This document shows, one piece after another, positions 17,308-27,804 of a stretch of DNA of 64,000 bases. The translations under genes were made by a program, and so were the position numbers. How positions within the stretch are numbered: position 1 is the first letter of the stretch; each line of letters opens with the position of its first letter. Source of the stretch: Ostreococcus lucimarinus. Taxonomy: Eukaryota. The notes under the pieces are model-generated. The model saw only the letters and a program-made list of their open reading frames with translations. It was not told the DNA's origin and ran no database searches. The stretch lies in assembly GCA_000092065.1 (NCBI GenBank), contig CP000583.1; one strand, 5' to 3'.

Positions 17308-18894
17308 TTACAGCTCCGCGGACGGCGATGCGAGGTCGAAAGGGGGAGAAGACGGCCGCGTTGACGCGTTGGAATCGCGCGCGGCGTCGTCGACGGTGGC
17401 GTGGGATCGATCGGCGTCGGCGGGGAGGAGGGAGAAGTCGGCGGCGCGCGAACGCCGAGACGCCGACGAAAGGAGCGGCGGCGCGGAGACGCACGGGATG
17501 ATGATCTTGCACGCGGCGACGAGCACGAGGAAGGCGGTGAGAGGTGACCACGAACGATCGGTTGGAATGACGGCGCCGGTGGTGTCCGTGCGCGTGGGCG
17601 CACCGATGTGTAGGGCGCGGACGACGCCGGCGGAGACGTAGGCGGAGACGAGCGCGCCGACGTCGCTGGCGAAAATCAGCGCCGCGAAACCGACGGCTTC
17701 GAGGTTTTGCGGAGCCATGATCGCGCCTAATGTGACGATTGGCATGTAACCCACGCGCAAGCCAAAAATTGCGAGCGCGTTGACGATAGATAACGCCGCC
17801 ACGGCGCCGGTTGCGGGCGGCCGCCACACGATGAAGAGTCGACAGAGACCCAGCGCCGCGTCTACGACGGCGCCGAAGACGAACATCATCCACGTGGGCG
17901 ACGAGACGAGAAGCGCACGAATCTTCGTCAACGTTCCGGCGTCGTTTTCACCCACAGAACTACCAGACGCGCTTGCGTCTCCGAACGCCCAACCGAACGC
18001 CGCCGGCGCGGCGAGCGCGCCGAGCGACGTAAAGAACGCCACCAAACCAAACTCATAATCCTTCATCCTATCGCTGAACACGGCGTACGTATACGACGCG
18101 AATGTATCCAACGCCGTCGGTGCGATGCGGTATAAAAACACCAACGCGGCGCACCGTAAAAAATCAACCTCGGCGAGCGGCGCGTACGCCTCCTTCGCTC
18201 GCGCCGTCCACGACGCGCACGACCGCGACTCCATTTCACGCTCATCTTCTCTTCCCGAATCGACATCTCGCGATATATCACTCTCATCCACGCTCACTAA
18301 CGCCACAGCGATCGCGACGAGCATCCAAATCCCGCTCGCCGCCGCCGCCGTCCGCGCGCTCGCCGCCGCCAGTCCTCCCGCGCTCGCTAAATCCCCCACC
18401 ACGCTCCCCGCCGTCCTCGCCGCCATCGCGCACGCCTGCGCCATCACCACCTCATCCCTCGACCTTCCCGCTTCCCCGCCGAACCTCTCGACGACGTATC
18501 CATCCAACGACGCGTACGCGTGCGCCGCGCCCGCGCTCGCCAGCGTCCCGAACCCGTACGTCTGCGCCGTCGTCCGCGCCGCGCTCGACCCGAGCGCGCC
18601 CGCCAGCGCGACCGCGCATCCGAGCGCGACGTGCGCCGCTCGCGTGCCCCCCCTCGCGCGCGATCGGTCGCTCACCGACGCGTACAGCGGCTTTAACGTC
18701 GCCACCGCGAACACAAAGGCGTAAAAGCGATTCGCGCCCTCGGGCGTTTCGTCCCACGCGAGCGCGCGATTCCGCACCAGCGCGAGCGGCGTCGTCGACG
18801 ACTCCACGGCGAGGGTCAGGAAAAAGTAGCACGCCAGCGCCGGGGCGTGACGCGCGAGCTCGGCGCGCGTCGGGCGCGTCATACTCTGACGCAT
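17308..18894 (-). CDS. Predicted multipass membrane transporter (MFS / folate-biopterin-transporter-like), family uncertain
   Basis: About 10 to 12 hydrophobic segments across the ORF. The start is uncertain (the track ORF starts at 18993; internal Met candidates at 18894 or 18882 avoid overlap with the first exon of the divergent UBL gene). Confidence 0.4.
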   Translation of the reverse strand: MRQSMTRPTRAELARHAPALACYFFLTLAVESSTTPLALVRNRALAWDETPEGANRFYAFVFAVATLKPLYASVSDRSRARGGTRAAHVALGCAVALAGALGSSAARTTAQTYGFGTLASAGAAHAYASLDGYVVERFGGEAGRSRDEVVMAQACAMAARTAGSVVGDLASAGGLAAASARTAAAASGIWMLVAIAVALVSVDESDISRDVDSGREDEREMESRSCASWTARAKEAYAPLAEVDFLRCAALVFLYRIAPTALDTFASYTYAVFSDRMKDYEFGLVAFFTSLGALAAPAAFGWAFGDASASGSSVGENDAGTLTKIRALLVSSPTWMMFVFGAVVDAALGLCRLFIVWRPPATGAVAALSIVNALAIFGLRVGYMPIVTLGAIMAPQNLEAVGFAALIFASDVGALVSAYVSAGVVRALHIGAPTRTDTTGAVIPTDRSWSPLTAFLVLVAACKIIIPCVSAPPLLSSASRRSRAADFSLLPADADRSHATVDDAARDSNASTRPSSPPFDLASPSAEL

Positions 18895-18906
18895 CGGCGC
18901 CGCGTC

Positions 18907-21194
18907 ATGGCGACGGCGTCCATCGACGCCCTCGGGCCGAGCGAGCGCGACAGCGTGCGCGTGAAGATACGCGTGCATCCGAGCGGCGAACACTTCGTGC
19001 GCGTGCCGAAGACGGTGCGCGAGACGACGCGAACGCGACGACGCGAAGCGAAGCGAGGGGACATCTTAAAATAACCGACGCGAGCGCGCGGCGGCGCGGT
19101 GACGATCGCGGCGGCGAGGCGGAGGCGCGAAAACGGCGCGCGGCGAGGCGTTCTCGAGGACTGACCGAGCGACGACGGCGACGATCGCAGGCGCTGATGC
19201 CGGCGGTGAAGCGAATCGTGGAGGGCGTCTCGGGCGTGCCGGCGAACGCGCAGCGGTTGCTGTGTCGAGGACGCGTGCTCGCGGACGAAGCGTCGATGGA
19301 GAGCGCGCGAGTGGAGGATGGAGACACGCTGCTGCTGGTGACGCGAGCGCCGGAGACGGAGGCGAATCCGAATTTGGCGAGGGATCCGCACGCGCCGGAA
19401 AACGCGGAAGCTCGCGGAAACGGACGAGGCGAGGGGACGATCGGGGACTTGTCGCAGATGATAACGTCGTTACTCACGGCGAATCCAGCGATGTTAGGGG
19501 CGGTAGGACCGGCGGGGGGGGCGGTGACCGTGGAGTTTAGCATCGGCGGACCGCCGATGGGGGGCGGGGGGGCGCGAGCTCCGGCGGCGGGTCAACGCCG
19601 CGAAGAGCGGGCGGCGGGCCGGGGTGGGCGTGGACAACCCACGAACGCCACGGCGACGACGGCGGTGCAGCAAAACACGCCCGAAGAGACCTTGCGTAGA
19701 TATCTGCAGAACGTTTTACGGTTGTTGCGCGGTTTACAAGTGCGCTCGACGCCGTTGTCCACGCCGGGTGATGGAAACTCGGTCGCGAGCGAGGACGCAT
19801 CTCGGACGATAGAGCAGCGTCCCATACATTTTGGCGTGCAATGCGATGCGTGTGAGGTTATTCCCGTCCGAGGGACGCGGTACAAGAGCGTGGCTCACGA
19901 CGATTACGATCTGTGCGAGCGTTGTTTCTTCGCTGGTCGAGGCGCCGCGTGCGGACCGTACGCGAAGCTCGACTTGCCGTTGCCGGCTGGTTTACCCCCA
20001 GTCGTTCAAAACGACGATGAAACGGACATGAATCAAGGCACAACACGTGAACAACGCAGTGAAGCCGATGTGGATACTCTCGGTGGCATGTTGAGCACGG
20101 CGGGAGAGATCGCTCGTCAAGCCGCACCGCTCATCGATGTCGTCGCGGCGAGATTCGCTCGAGACAGTAGGCAAAACACAGTCGAGACGCAGGCCGCGAA
20201 CTTGCAAGTCGCCAGTCTAATGCATTCAGTCGGCGCGCTTTGGTGTGAGCTCGCGCGATGCATGGCTGTCGTGCCACCGCCTCCAGGCGTCATGACACCA
20301 CAGGGTGCCGCGATCGCCGGCGACGACATCAACAACGCCCAAAGTTTTTTTAGCTATCCGCAGGTATCTTACATCGCTAATTCAGGTGAGTTTCCGCACA
20401 CTCGACCGCCTGGGATGCCATTGCATACCCAAGACGGCCTTTTTGTGCAAGGAAACCCTCAAGCTCAGGCTGTGAGACCTGTAGGCGTCATGCATGTCAT
20501 GCACCAGGTGCATGGATTGCAGCAAGGCTTGGAAGGTTTGCCGCCAGAGCTTCGCGAACTGCTGATGCGTCAGGCGGCGCAAGCTACACCAGCGCCAGGT
20601 ACTAATCCTGCCGCCTCTGCCGCTACGACTGAGGCGCAGCAACCGCCGCCGCCTTCTCAAATGGTCAACCCGCACGGTCGTCGGCAAGCGCAAGCGCAGT
20701 CTTCACAGAGAGCGTTGAGTCGATTTTTGGGATCTGTACTTAGGGCAATTCCGAGTCCGAGCTTCATGACGTCGCAAGCTGATCACACCATCGACGCGAC
20801 GACACAAAGCGGCGGTATTCAAATCCCTACCGTCCCCGCGCATCGGGATTCAACGACTCTCGCGCATGATTTGAACTCTGCGGTGACGGGCGCGGCGGGT
20901 CAACGCCCTCCAGTGGCGCCGAGTCAACCCGTCGGCACGGTCCCAACGAGCGCGACGAGCGCAAACGACAGCATTTCTCGCTCTGGACAAAACGAAACGC
21001 CGAATCGCGCTCGAACGCGTGGTGATTCCAAGGAGGAGGACGCCAATGGGCGCGCGGCAAAGGCGTCCAACACTGGGAACGGCATGTCTCCCGCCGCGAG
21101 CGCCGCTCACCTCGCGAGAGATCAAGCGACGAAATCGAACTTAGGAGCGAGCACTTCGCACGTCACTCGAAATGAGGAAGACGACAAAGAATAA
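18907..21194 (+). CDS. Ubiquitin-like domain plus ZZ-type zinc-finger protein with a Pro/Gln-rich C-terminal region; two exons
   Basis: Exon 1 18907..19014 (MATASIDALGPSERDSVRVKIRVHPSGEHFVRVPKT) and exon 2 19191..21194. The intron 19015..19190 has a GTGCGC donor and CTGAC 26 nt before the CAG. Splicing reconstitutes a complete ubiquitin fold (..VRVPKT|ALMPAVKRIVEGVSGVPANAQRLLCRGRVLADEASMESARVEDGDTLLLV). The ZZ finger is CDACEVIPVRGTRYKSVAHDDYDLCERCF. Track ORF 18102..21194 includes a non-coding 5' extension. Confidence 0.65.
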
Positions 21195-21260
21195 TTGATT
21201 GATGATGAGTGCACCAGTGATTGCGACGCCGATTGATTTGTAAAACAAATTTGCGAACAT

Positions 21261-22373
21261 TTACATGGATATTCTCCCGCGCCGTCCCCTTGTGCGCAGC
21301 ATCGCGAGCGCTAACGCTCCGACGGCCGCGCCTCCGAGATGACCAGCGTGCGCCACACCAGACCCACGCGAATCTTGAATGCCCACGATATCTCTCATGA
21401 GGAATAAACCTCCTAGTAGTATGCTAGGCACTGGTACGATCGCGTAAAGGTAAATCGTCCGCAGTGGGTAAAGCAACACCTCGAACGCCACGATCGCGTT
21501 CACCGCCCCGCTCGCTCCGAGAGCGGCGGGAGTGAAGTAATACCCTCGCTTCGCACCGCTATCTTCTACGAACCTAGCGACGTACGCGTCGAGACGGTCG
21601 AAGAAGTTCCCTCGGCCCTCCTTGTACCGCTCCATTCGTTTGCGTCGTTGCCTCGCGCACCACGCCACGTGCGCGGCCGAAGCCCCGACGCCCCCGACGC
21701 AATACAGCGTGAGCAAATACCGACCTCCGAATCGCTCGCACACGCTTCGCCCGAAAAAGTACAGCGCGATCATGTTCATTCCCAGATGCGTCAAATCAAA
21801 ATGAGAAAACGCCGAAGTCAACATCGTGTGCCATCGCCCGTGCGCGAGCGCCTCCTCGCTCACCATGAAATTCTTCCGCATGAACCGCCCGTCCTCGGTC
21901 GTGGCCCAGGCGTAATACACCGCCCCATTCAGTCCTATCAGCGCCCACAGCGCGCGATCGCCGTCCGCGGATCCACCGAGCGCGTCCCAACCGCGTCCCG
22001 GCGGCGGCGCGCCGCGGTACGCGCGTCTCGTCCCGTCCCACCCCCCGGTCCTCCCCGCCTCCCTTCGCGCGCCTTCGAACAGCGACGACGACGCGTGGGA
22101 CGCGCGCGCGGACGTCGCCGTCGTCGCCGTCGCCATCGCGCGTCCCGCGGCCGTCGTCGCGCGCGGCCGTCGTCCAGTCATCGTCTCCGTCTCAACCACC
22201 CTCGCGCCCGCGCGCGCGCCCGCGCGCGCCACCTCGCGCGCGACGCGCGTCGCCGTCGACGCGCGCATGATTTTAGACGACCGCGCGCTCGAGCGAGCGA
22301 ACGCGCGCGCGCGCGAGCGACGGACGCGTCGTGAAGTCGCACTACAAATCATCCGCGTCGAGCTAAAATACAT
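21261..22373 (-). CDS. Rhomboid-family intramembrane serine protease (PARL/Pcp1-like) with a long R/A/S-rich N-terminal presequence
   Basis: Catalytic serine in ALGASGAVNAIV and histidine in AHAGHLGGAAVG, within the conserved TM architecture. Start Met uncertain. Confidence 0.68.
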   Translation of the reverse strand: MYFSSTRMICSATSRRVRRSRARAFARSSARSSKIMRASTATRVAREVARAGARAGARVVETETMTGRRPRATTAAGRAMATATTATSARASHASSSLFEGARREAGRTGGWDGTRRAYRGAPPPGRGWDALGGSADGDRALWALIGLNGAVYYAWATTEDGRFMRKNFMVSEEALAHGRWHTMLTSAFSHFDLTHLGMNMIALYFFGRSVCERFGGRYLLTLYCVGGVGASAAHVAWCARQRRKRMERYKEGRGNFFDRLDAYVARFVEDSGAKRGYYFTPAALGASGAVNAIVAFEVLLYPLRTIYLYAIVPVPSILLGGLFLMRDIVGIQDSRGSGVAHAGHLGGAAVGALALAMLRTRGRRGRISM

Positions 22374-23097
22374 CCCAGCCTCCCTCGCCTCGCCTCGCGC
22401 GCCTCGCGCGCCGCGCCGCGCGCGCTACAAGAACTTCTTCCTCGGTCGTCCGTACCGATCGTCGTTCGCGTCCTGCGATCGTCGTCGTCGTCGTCAGTCG
22501 TCGGTCGATTCGATTTAGGTTCGTTCGATCCCTCGCCCGTTCGCCGCGTCGCGCCCGCGCGCGCGCGTCGCCCCCGCGCGCGCGCCGCCCGCGCGCGCGC
22601 ACGCCTCGCGTCGCCTCGCGTCGCGCACGCACGAAATCCCTGACGGCGCCGCGATAGATGAGCGCCGGGACGAAGACGCCGAAGACGGCGAAGAGCCCGA
22701 TCGTTCGCGGCGTCAGGCGGAACGCGCGCTCGATCGTCTCGCGCGCCGCGCCGTTGGCCTCGATGAAGGCGTTGGGCTTGAGCCCGGTGGGGTCGGCGCC
22801 GGCCATCGCGCGCGACGGCGACGCGACGACGCGCGGGGGTGTGCGAGCGCCAGAGCGGGACGCGGCGGGGACGACGGGACGACGGCGCCCGCGGACGCGA
22901 TCGCGCCCGCGCGTCGGCGACGAGACGACGCGCGCGGACGTCGGCGACGACGCGACGCGCGCGGACCCGCGCGCGGGCGCGACGCGACGACGCGGGGGGG
23001 AGAGGATTCGGCGTCGGGATTCGGGACGGGGACGTTCGCGTCGCCGAACGGCGTCGACGCGCCGGGCGACGGCGACGCGGGCGCGGAGAATAAGAGT

Positions 23098-24396
23098 TTG
23101 AGCTCGCTCGGGGTGTCGCCGGGAGATCTGGCGCGGCGCGCGGTGAAGGCGCGCGGCGAGGGGGACGGCGGCGCGCGAGGGACGGCGACGACGCGACGAG
23201 ACGAGACGAGGGCGCGCGAACGCGAGCGCGAACGCGAGCGCGACGAGGGAGACGCGAGCGCGATGGAGTCGGACGCGACGAGGACGCGCGACGAGGACGC
23301 GGGCGCGATGCCGAGGACGATGCGAGAGGCGCTCGGGGAGTGGCGGGGCGAGTTGGAGGCGGCGGAGGCGGCGTTTTTGGCGATTCACGCGTTGATGCTG
23401 GATTCGGGGGCGAAGACCGCGGGAGAGATTGAATTGCGCGATGGACTCGCGCGGCGAGGGTGTTACTCGGCGCGCTATGCCGTCGGAGCGCGCGGGAGAG
23501 AGGATACGGTGACGTGCTCGGTGCGCGCGCAGCCGGTGGAGTCGCGACTGTCGGTGTTCGGGACGCTGGAATCGGACGCGGGATCGGCTGGCGTCGCGTA
23601 CGCGACGCTGATTCAAGCCAGCGATTACGTGGACGAGGGGGGGTCGATCACGCCCGAGGGTTGTCGCGCGCTGTGGGCGAAAGTGAAAGAAGCGATGACT
23701 ACGAAGCTCTTCGAAGCGGCCGAGGCGCAGTTGGCGGGGATCCTTTCGCCCGGCACGCTCATGTCTCTTCCCACGGACGTCAAACGTAGAATCGCCGAAA
23801 ATCTAGACGCGTACGGGTTGGCTTACTGCGCGTGCACGTGCAAAGAACTCCGCGCGGTGTGCTCGGACGACGAGCTTTGGACGCGGCTTTTACAGACGGA
23901 TTTCGACGTGCCTCCGATGCCAACTGGAATTTCTTCTCGCTCGTTGTACAACAAGCACGCGATGCGTAGATCGGCCGAGCGAGAGGAACGATTACGGATG
24001 GAGTCTTACCATCCGATGCCTGGTCGTTTGCCGCGTCATGGCTTCATGCCCGATCCCGATCGCGACATTTACGCCGGAATTCCCGGCCACGTGCCCGGCA
24101 TCATCGGCGGCGATTACGATTTGTGGCCCGGCGGTCTCAACCCGAATCCGCCGCCGCGCCCGATCCCTGGTTACGGTAGAGGAGGATTAGGTGGACCCGG
24201 ACGACCGAGAGGAGGCTGGCCCGGCGGAGGGCCTCCTTTCCCGCCGCAACCGGGCGGGTTGCCTTACAATCCCGATCCCGACGCCGATTTGCGAAACCCT
24301 CCCGACATTCCCGGGCGAGGCCGAGGCGGATTCCCGAGCATGCCTCCCAATCCGGGATGGGACGGACGACCACGACCGCCGCCTGATTTCTTTTAG
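23098..24396 (+). CDS. F-box protein with a Gly/Pro-rich C-terminal tail (FBXO7/PI31-like architecture)
   Basis: F-box motif LMSLPTDVKRRIAENLDAYGLAYCACTCKELRAVCSDDELWTRLL. The C-terminus has dense PG/RG/PDPD repeats. The N-terminal part is Arg/Glu-rich and the start is uncertain (internal Met candidates MESDATR, MPRTMREALGEW). Confidence 0.55.
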   Translation: MSSLGVSPGDLARRAVKARGEGDGGARGTATTRRDETRARERERERERDEGDASAMESDATRTRDEDAGAMPRTMREALGEWRGELEAAEAAFLAIHALMLDSGAKTAGEIELRDGLARRGCYSARYAVGARGREDTVTCSVRAQPVESRLSVFGTLESDAGSAGVAYATLIQASDYVDEGGSITPEGCRALWAKVKEAMTTKLFEAAEAQLAGILSPGTLMSLPTDVKRRIAENLDAYGLAYCACTCKELRAVCSDDELWTRLLQTDFDVPPMPTGISSRSLYNKHAMRRSAEREERLRMESYHPMPGRLPRHGFMPDPDRDIYAGIPGHVPGIIGGDYDLWPGGLNPNPPPRPIPGYGRGGLGGPGRPRGGWPGGGPPFPPQPGGLPYNPDPDADLRNPPDIPGRGRGGFPSMPPNPGWDGRPRPPPDFF

Positions 24397-24520
24397 CTCC
24401 CTTTTAGCGGTCAGATTTAGCGAAACGAGATCGATTTGAATGTATAAAACAGTTGCCGCTTTTGCTTGCATTTAAAGCCGCGTTCGTGTCGTGGTATCGA
24501 ATTCGAATTTTTAGTCGGGA

Positions 24521-24605
24521 CGCTATGGTTCTACTTGTTTTTCTTTTTTCGTAAAGCATCGGCCGCTATGGTTCTAGTTGTTTTTCTTTTTTCGTAAAGC
24601 ATCGG
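24521..24605. repeat. Imperfect direct tandem duplication of a 42-bp AT-rich unit (one mismatch plus a 1-bp indel)
   Basis: Copy 1 cgctatggttctacttgtttttcttttttcgtaaagcatcgg and copy 2 ccgctatggttctagttgtttttcttttttcgtaaagcatcgg, read directly from the sequence. The pair overlaps the stop codon and 3' end of the minus-strand coiled-coil gene, about 125 bp downstream of the F-box gene stop. Confidence 0.85.
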
Positions 24606-25407
24606 CGCGCAGGTAACGCGCCTCGCGTCGCACGCGATCGAGAAGTATGTCCAACCGAGCGAGCTGCCGCTTTTCGTTCGCGATTGATTGGTTCACCCGT
24701 TCGCGAGCGTTCGTGAGGTCTGAAATCGACTCTTTGCTGCATTCCTGCATCTCCATCAGGTCTCTCTCGAGCAATCGAACGAAATCCGCGTCGAGCGACG
24801 ACGGTATCGCCGCCGCGGAGTCCTCGACCTCCGCCGCCGCCGCGCTCGCGGGGGCCTCCGCCGCCGTCTCCGCCGCCGTCTCCGCCGCCGTCTCCGCCGC
24901 CGCCTCCTCGACCGCCTCCTCGACCGCCGGCTTCTCCGCCGATTTCTTCTCCGCCGATTTCGCCTTCATCGCTCGCTCCGCCTTCACGCGCTCCATGATC
25001 AGCGCCACCTCCGAGTCGATCTTTTCCTTCTCGCGCGCCCGCTCCGCGCGCTGCCGCGCCTGCGCCCCCGCCAGCGCCTCCCGAAACGCGTCGTTGAAGT
25101 ACGGCGAGTCCTCAGCCGCGGCGACTAAATCCTCGATGTCCTCTCCCGCCGCCTCCGCCGCGCGCGGTCGCCCGTCGTCGTCGTCCCGCGCGTCGAAGAC
25201 GCCGTCGAAGAGGTCCCCCGCGCGTCGCCGCGGCGTCCTCGCGCGCGCGCGCGCGCGCCTCGCGCCCGGCGCGCGCGCGACCGCGACGCGCGGCGCGCGC
25301 GACGTCGCCCGCATGTCCTCGCCGCGCCGCGCGCGCGGTGTCGGCGCGCGCGCGAGTGAAGGCGCGACCGGCGGTCGGTCGGACGCGGCGGCGAATGTTC
25401 CGCACAC
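24574..25407 (-). CDS. Hypothetical coiled-coil protein containing an (AAETA)n pentapeptide repeat
   Basis: Minus ORF with E/K/A-rich heptad-like sequence. Its 15-nt tandem repeat lies at about 24857..24901. The real start is probably an internal Met (MRATSRAPRV near 25314). The last codons sit inside a 42-bp tandem duplication. Confidence 0.4.
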   Translation of the reverse strand: MCGTFAAASDRPPVAPSLARAPTPRARRGEDMRATSRAPRVAVARAPGARRARARARTPRRRAGDLFDGVFDARDDDDGRPRAAEAAGEDIEDLVAAAEDSPYFNDAFREALAGAQARQRAERAREKEKIDSEVALIMERVKAERAMKAKSAEKKSAEKPAVEEAVEEAAAETAAETAAETAAEAPASAAAAEVEDSAAAIPSSLDADFVRLLERDLMEMQECSKESISDLTNARERVNQSIANEKRQLARLDILLDRVRREARYLRADALRKKKNN

Positions 25408-25439
25408 CGCGACGCGCGCGAGCGACGCGCGCGGCGGCG

Positions 25440-26321
25440 ATGGCGCGACGCGCGCGCGGGACGCGACGCGAGCGATTCGCGCGCGCGTGCGCGGCGCTGG
25501 CGCTGGCGACGACGCGCGCGGCGCGCGCGTCGACGCCCGAACGCGACGCGAGCGAGTGTCAGTGCCTGAGCATTCACGACCCGCGGTTCGTGTGCGCGCC
25601 GCGCGCGCACGCGGGAGCGCTGCCGACGGAGACGGCGCGACGAGTGCTCGAACAGGCGATAAAACGCGGCGACGCGCACGGCTGGGAGCGGACGAGGCTG
25701 AGGCACGCGTACCTGGACGAGACGTACGAGGTGAAGGTGAGCGACTTGCCGGAGACGACGAGAAACGAGGTTCGAAGCGCGTACGAAAAGTACTTCATAC
25801 CGCTCGCGCGCGAGCAGTGCATGGTGGATGATCACTTTAAGTTTGAGGATGAGGAGTTTTTCGTGGTGAAGTACGACGCGAAGGGAGATTTTAAGAGCGC
25901 GGCGACGCACGTCGACGGGAAACACTTGAGCTTCGTGGCGTCGCTAAACAACGTCACGGAATACTCGGGCGGGGGGAATAATTTCGAGGGAATGTCGTTT
26001 TCTGTCCCACACGGTGGCGTGCATAAGTTGGACGATCACGTCGTGCCCGCGCAGCCGATCGGGAGCGTCGTCGTGCACGGCTCGCAGCTGGAGCATAGTT
26101 CGTTTGACGTCACCTCGGGACAGCGATACGTGCTCGTCGTCGAGGCGCACGTGAATAAGTCGTGTTGCTTTGATTTCACCACATTCATGAACAAATTCGT
26201 CACGAGATTGCTCATCGTCATTTTTGCCGTCATCGCCGTCATGGGTGGCGTCGTGGACTACATGCAAAAGAGCATTCAAAAAGCGCGCAACGGCGGCGTC
26301 GCGCACGAAAAGGTGTGGTAA
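25440..26321 (+). CDS. 2-oxoglutarate/Fe(II)-dependent dioxygenase-like protein (prolyl-4-hydroxylase-like fold) with N- and C-terminal hydrophobic segments
   Basis: H-x-D motif (THVDGKH) and distal His (VVVHGSQLEHS) with typical spacing. The C-terminus LLIVIFAVIAVMGGVV looks like a TM anchor. Start taken at 25440 (MARRARG..AALALATTRAARAS, signal-like); the track ORF begins at 25338. Confidence 0.5.
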   Translation: MARRARGTRRERFARACAALALATTRAARASTPERDASECQCLSIHDPRFVCAPRAHAGALPTETARRVLEQAIKRGDAHGWERTRLRHAYLDETYEVKVSDLPETTRNEVRSAYEKYFIPLAREQCMVDDHFKFEDEEFFVVKYDAKGDFKSAATHVDGKHLSFVASLNNVTEYSGGGNNFEGMSFSVPHGGVHKLDDHVVPAQPIGSVVVHGSQLEHSSFDVTSGQRYVLVVEAHVNKSCCFDFTTFMNKFVTRLLIVIFAVIAVMGGVVDYMQKSIQKARNGGVAHEKVW

Positions 26322-26499
26322 CTCAGCGTGGGACGGACTCGAGCCATGCGATTCCATAATTAATATTACATAGCTTTTCTTTTTTCGAATCATCGTGCGT
26401 AGAATCGACATCGCCTCGCCGCGGCTCGGTGAAAGTCGCGTCTATCCGCGTCGTCTGCGTCTGCGTCTGTTAACGTCACACACGCGCGCGTCTTTAGTC

Positions 26500-27765
26500 A
26501 TGGACCCCGATGGGCAACCTAGCGCGGACGCGGGTCCGTCAAAGTCTCCGCGTTCGCCTCGTCCGCGCGGCGCGACGATCGGCGACGACGCGAGCTGGCG
26601 TTTGGACGCGCACGAACTCAGTTCGAGAATGGCGCGTACGCCCTCGCAAGCCGACGTCCCGAACGGCGAAAGACCGTCCGTAAGCGCGTCCGCGAACGTT
26701 AACGGTACCGCGACGACGCTGCGTCGCCGGTCGGCGCCGCGACACGCCGCGGCGGAGGCGAAACAAGTGGCTGGATACTACAAGAAGCAAAACCAACTCG
26801 TCGAGCAGTTTCACGAGTTGGAAAGTTTCCTCGAACGCACGAGTGGAAGAAGCGACGAAGAGTCGCGTGGGAAGACGGAAGCGGAAGAAAACGAGGAAAG
26901 AAGAACGCAAATTGCGCTCCAAGTGTCGTTCTATGCGAATATCGTGCTGCTCGGGGTAAAATTGTTCGCCGCTATTAGCAGTGGGTCCCTGAGCATCATC
27001 ACGAGCGCGTTGGATAGTTTTTTAGATTTGGTGAGCGGTTTGATTTTGTTCATGACGGATAAGACCATTCGAAAGCAAAATAAGTACCTGTATCCGATCG
27101 GCAAGAGTCGAATGCAGCCTTTGGGGATCATCGTGTTCAGTTGCATCATGGGCACGCTCGGCTTCCAGGTGCTCATTGAAGGCATTCGGCAGCTCATCGG
27201 CGACGAACACACGCATCACCTGGAGCATTTAGTACTCACGATTGGGATCATGTGCGGAGTCATTGTGCTGAAGTTTTTTCTTTTTTTGTTCTGCCGCAAC
27301 AGCACGTCTAGTTCAGTTCAGACGTACGCGCAAGACCATAGAAATGACGTCGCGACGAACAGCATCGGGTTAGCCGCCGCGCTCGTGGGCGATAGGGTGT
27401 ACTATTGGGTCGATCCTTTAGGGGCTATTTTGCTCGCAATCTACATCGTCATCAACTGGAGTCAAACGGCTATGGAGAATATACGCTCGATGGTCGGTAT
27501 GAGCGCCCCTCCAGAGTTTTTAGCGTCGTTGACGTACCTGGCGTGGAACCACCATCCAGACATCGTGCTCATCGACACCATTCGAGCGTACACGTTTGGG
27601 CCGAAATACTTTGTCGAAGTCGACATCGTGCTCGAGGAAGATATGCCATTGAGACGCGCGCACGACATAGGAGAGCAATTACAAAACCGCATCGAGCGAC
27701 TGGAAGACGTCGAGCGAGCTTTCGTTCATCTTGATTTTGAAAGCGAACACGCGCCCGAGCACTAG
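26500..27765 (+). CDS. Cation diffusion facilitator, Mn-type (plant MTP8-11-like) metal transporter
   Basis: Six TM segments; Mn-CDF signatures DSFLD (ALDSFLDLVSG) in TM2 and HRNDVATNS (AQDHRNDVATN) in TM5; conserved YPIGKSRMQPLG; cytoplasmic C-terminal domain. Start at ATG 26500 (MDPDGQ); the track ORF is extended to 26395. Confidence 0.8.
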   Translation: MDPDGQPSADAGPSKSPRSPRPRGATIGDDASWRLDAHELSSRMARTPSQADVPNGERPSVSASANVNGTATTLRRRSAPRHAAAEAKQVAGYYKKQNQLVEQFHELESFLERTSGRSDEESRGKTEAEENEERRTQIALQVSFYANIVLLGVKLFAAISSGSLSIITSALDSFLDLVSGLILFMTDKTIRKQNKYLYPIGKSRMQPLGIIVFSCIMGTLGFQVLIEGIRQLIGDEHTHHLEHLVLTIGIMCGVIVLKFFLFLFCRNSTSSSVQTYAQDHRNDVATNSIGLAAALVGDRVYYWVDPLGAILLAIYIVINWSQTAMENIRSMVGMSAPPEFLASLTYLAWNHHPDIVLIDTIRAYTFGPKYFVEVDIVLEEDMPLRRAHDIGEQLQNRIERLEDVERAFVHLDFESEHAPEH

Positions 27766-27804
27766 AAAGGTTGTACACAAATTTCAATTCACATTAAATG
27801 TTGA

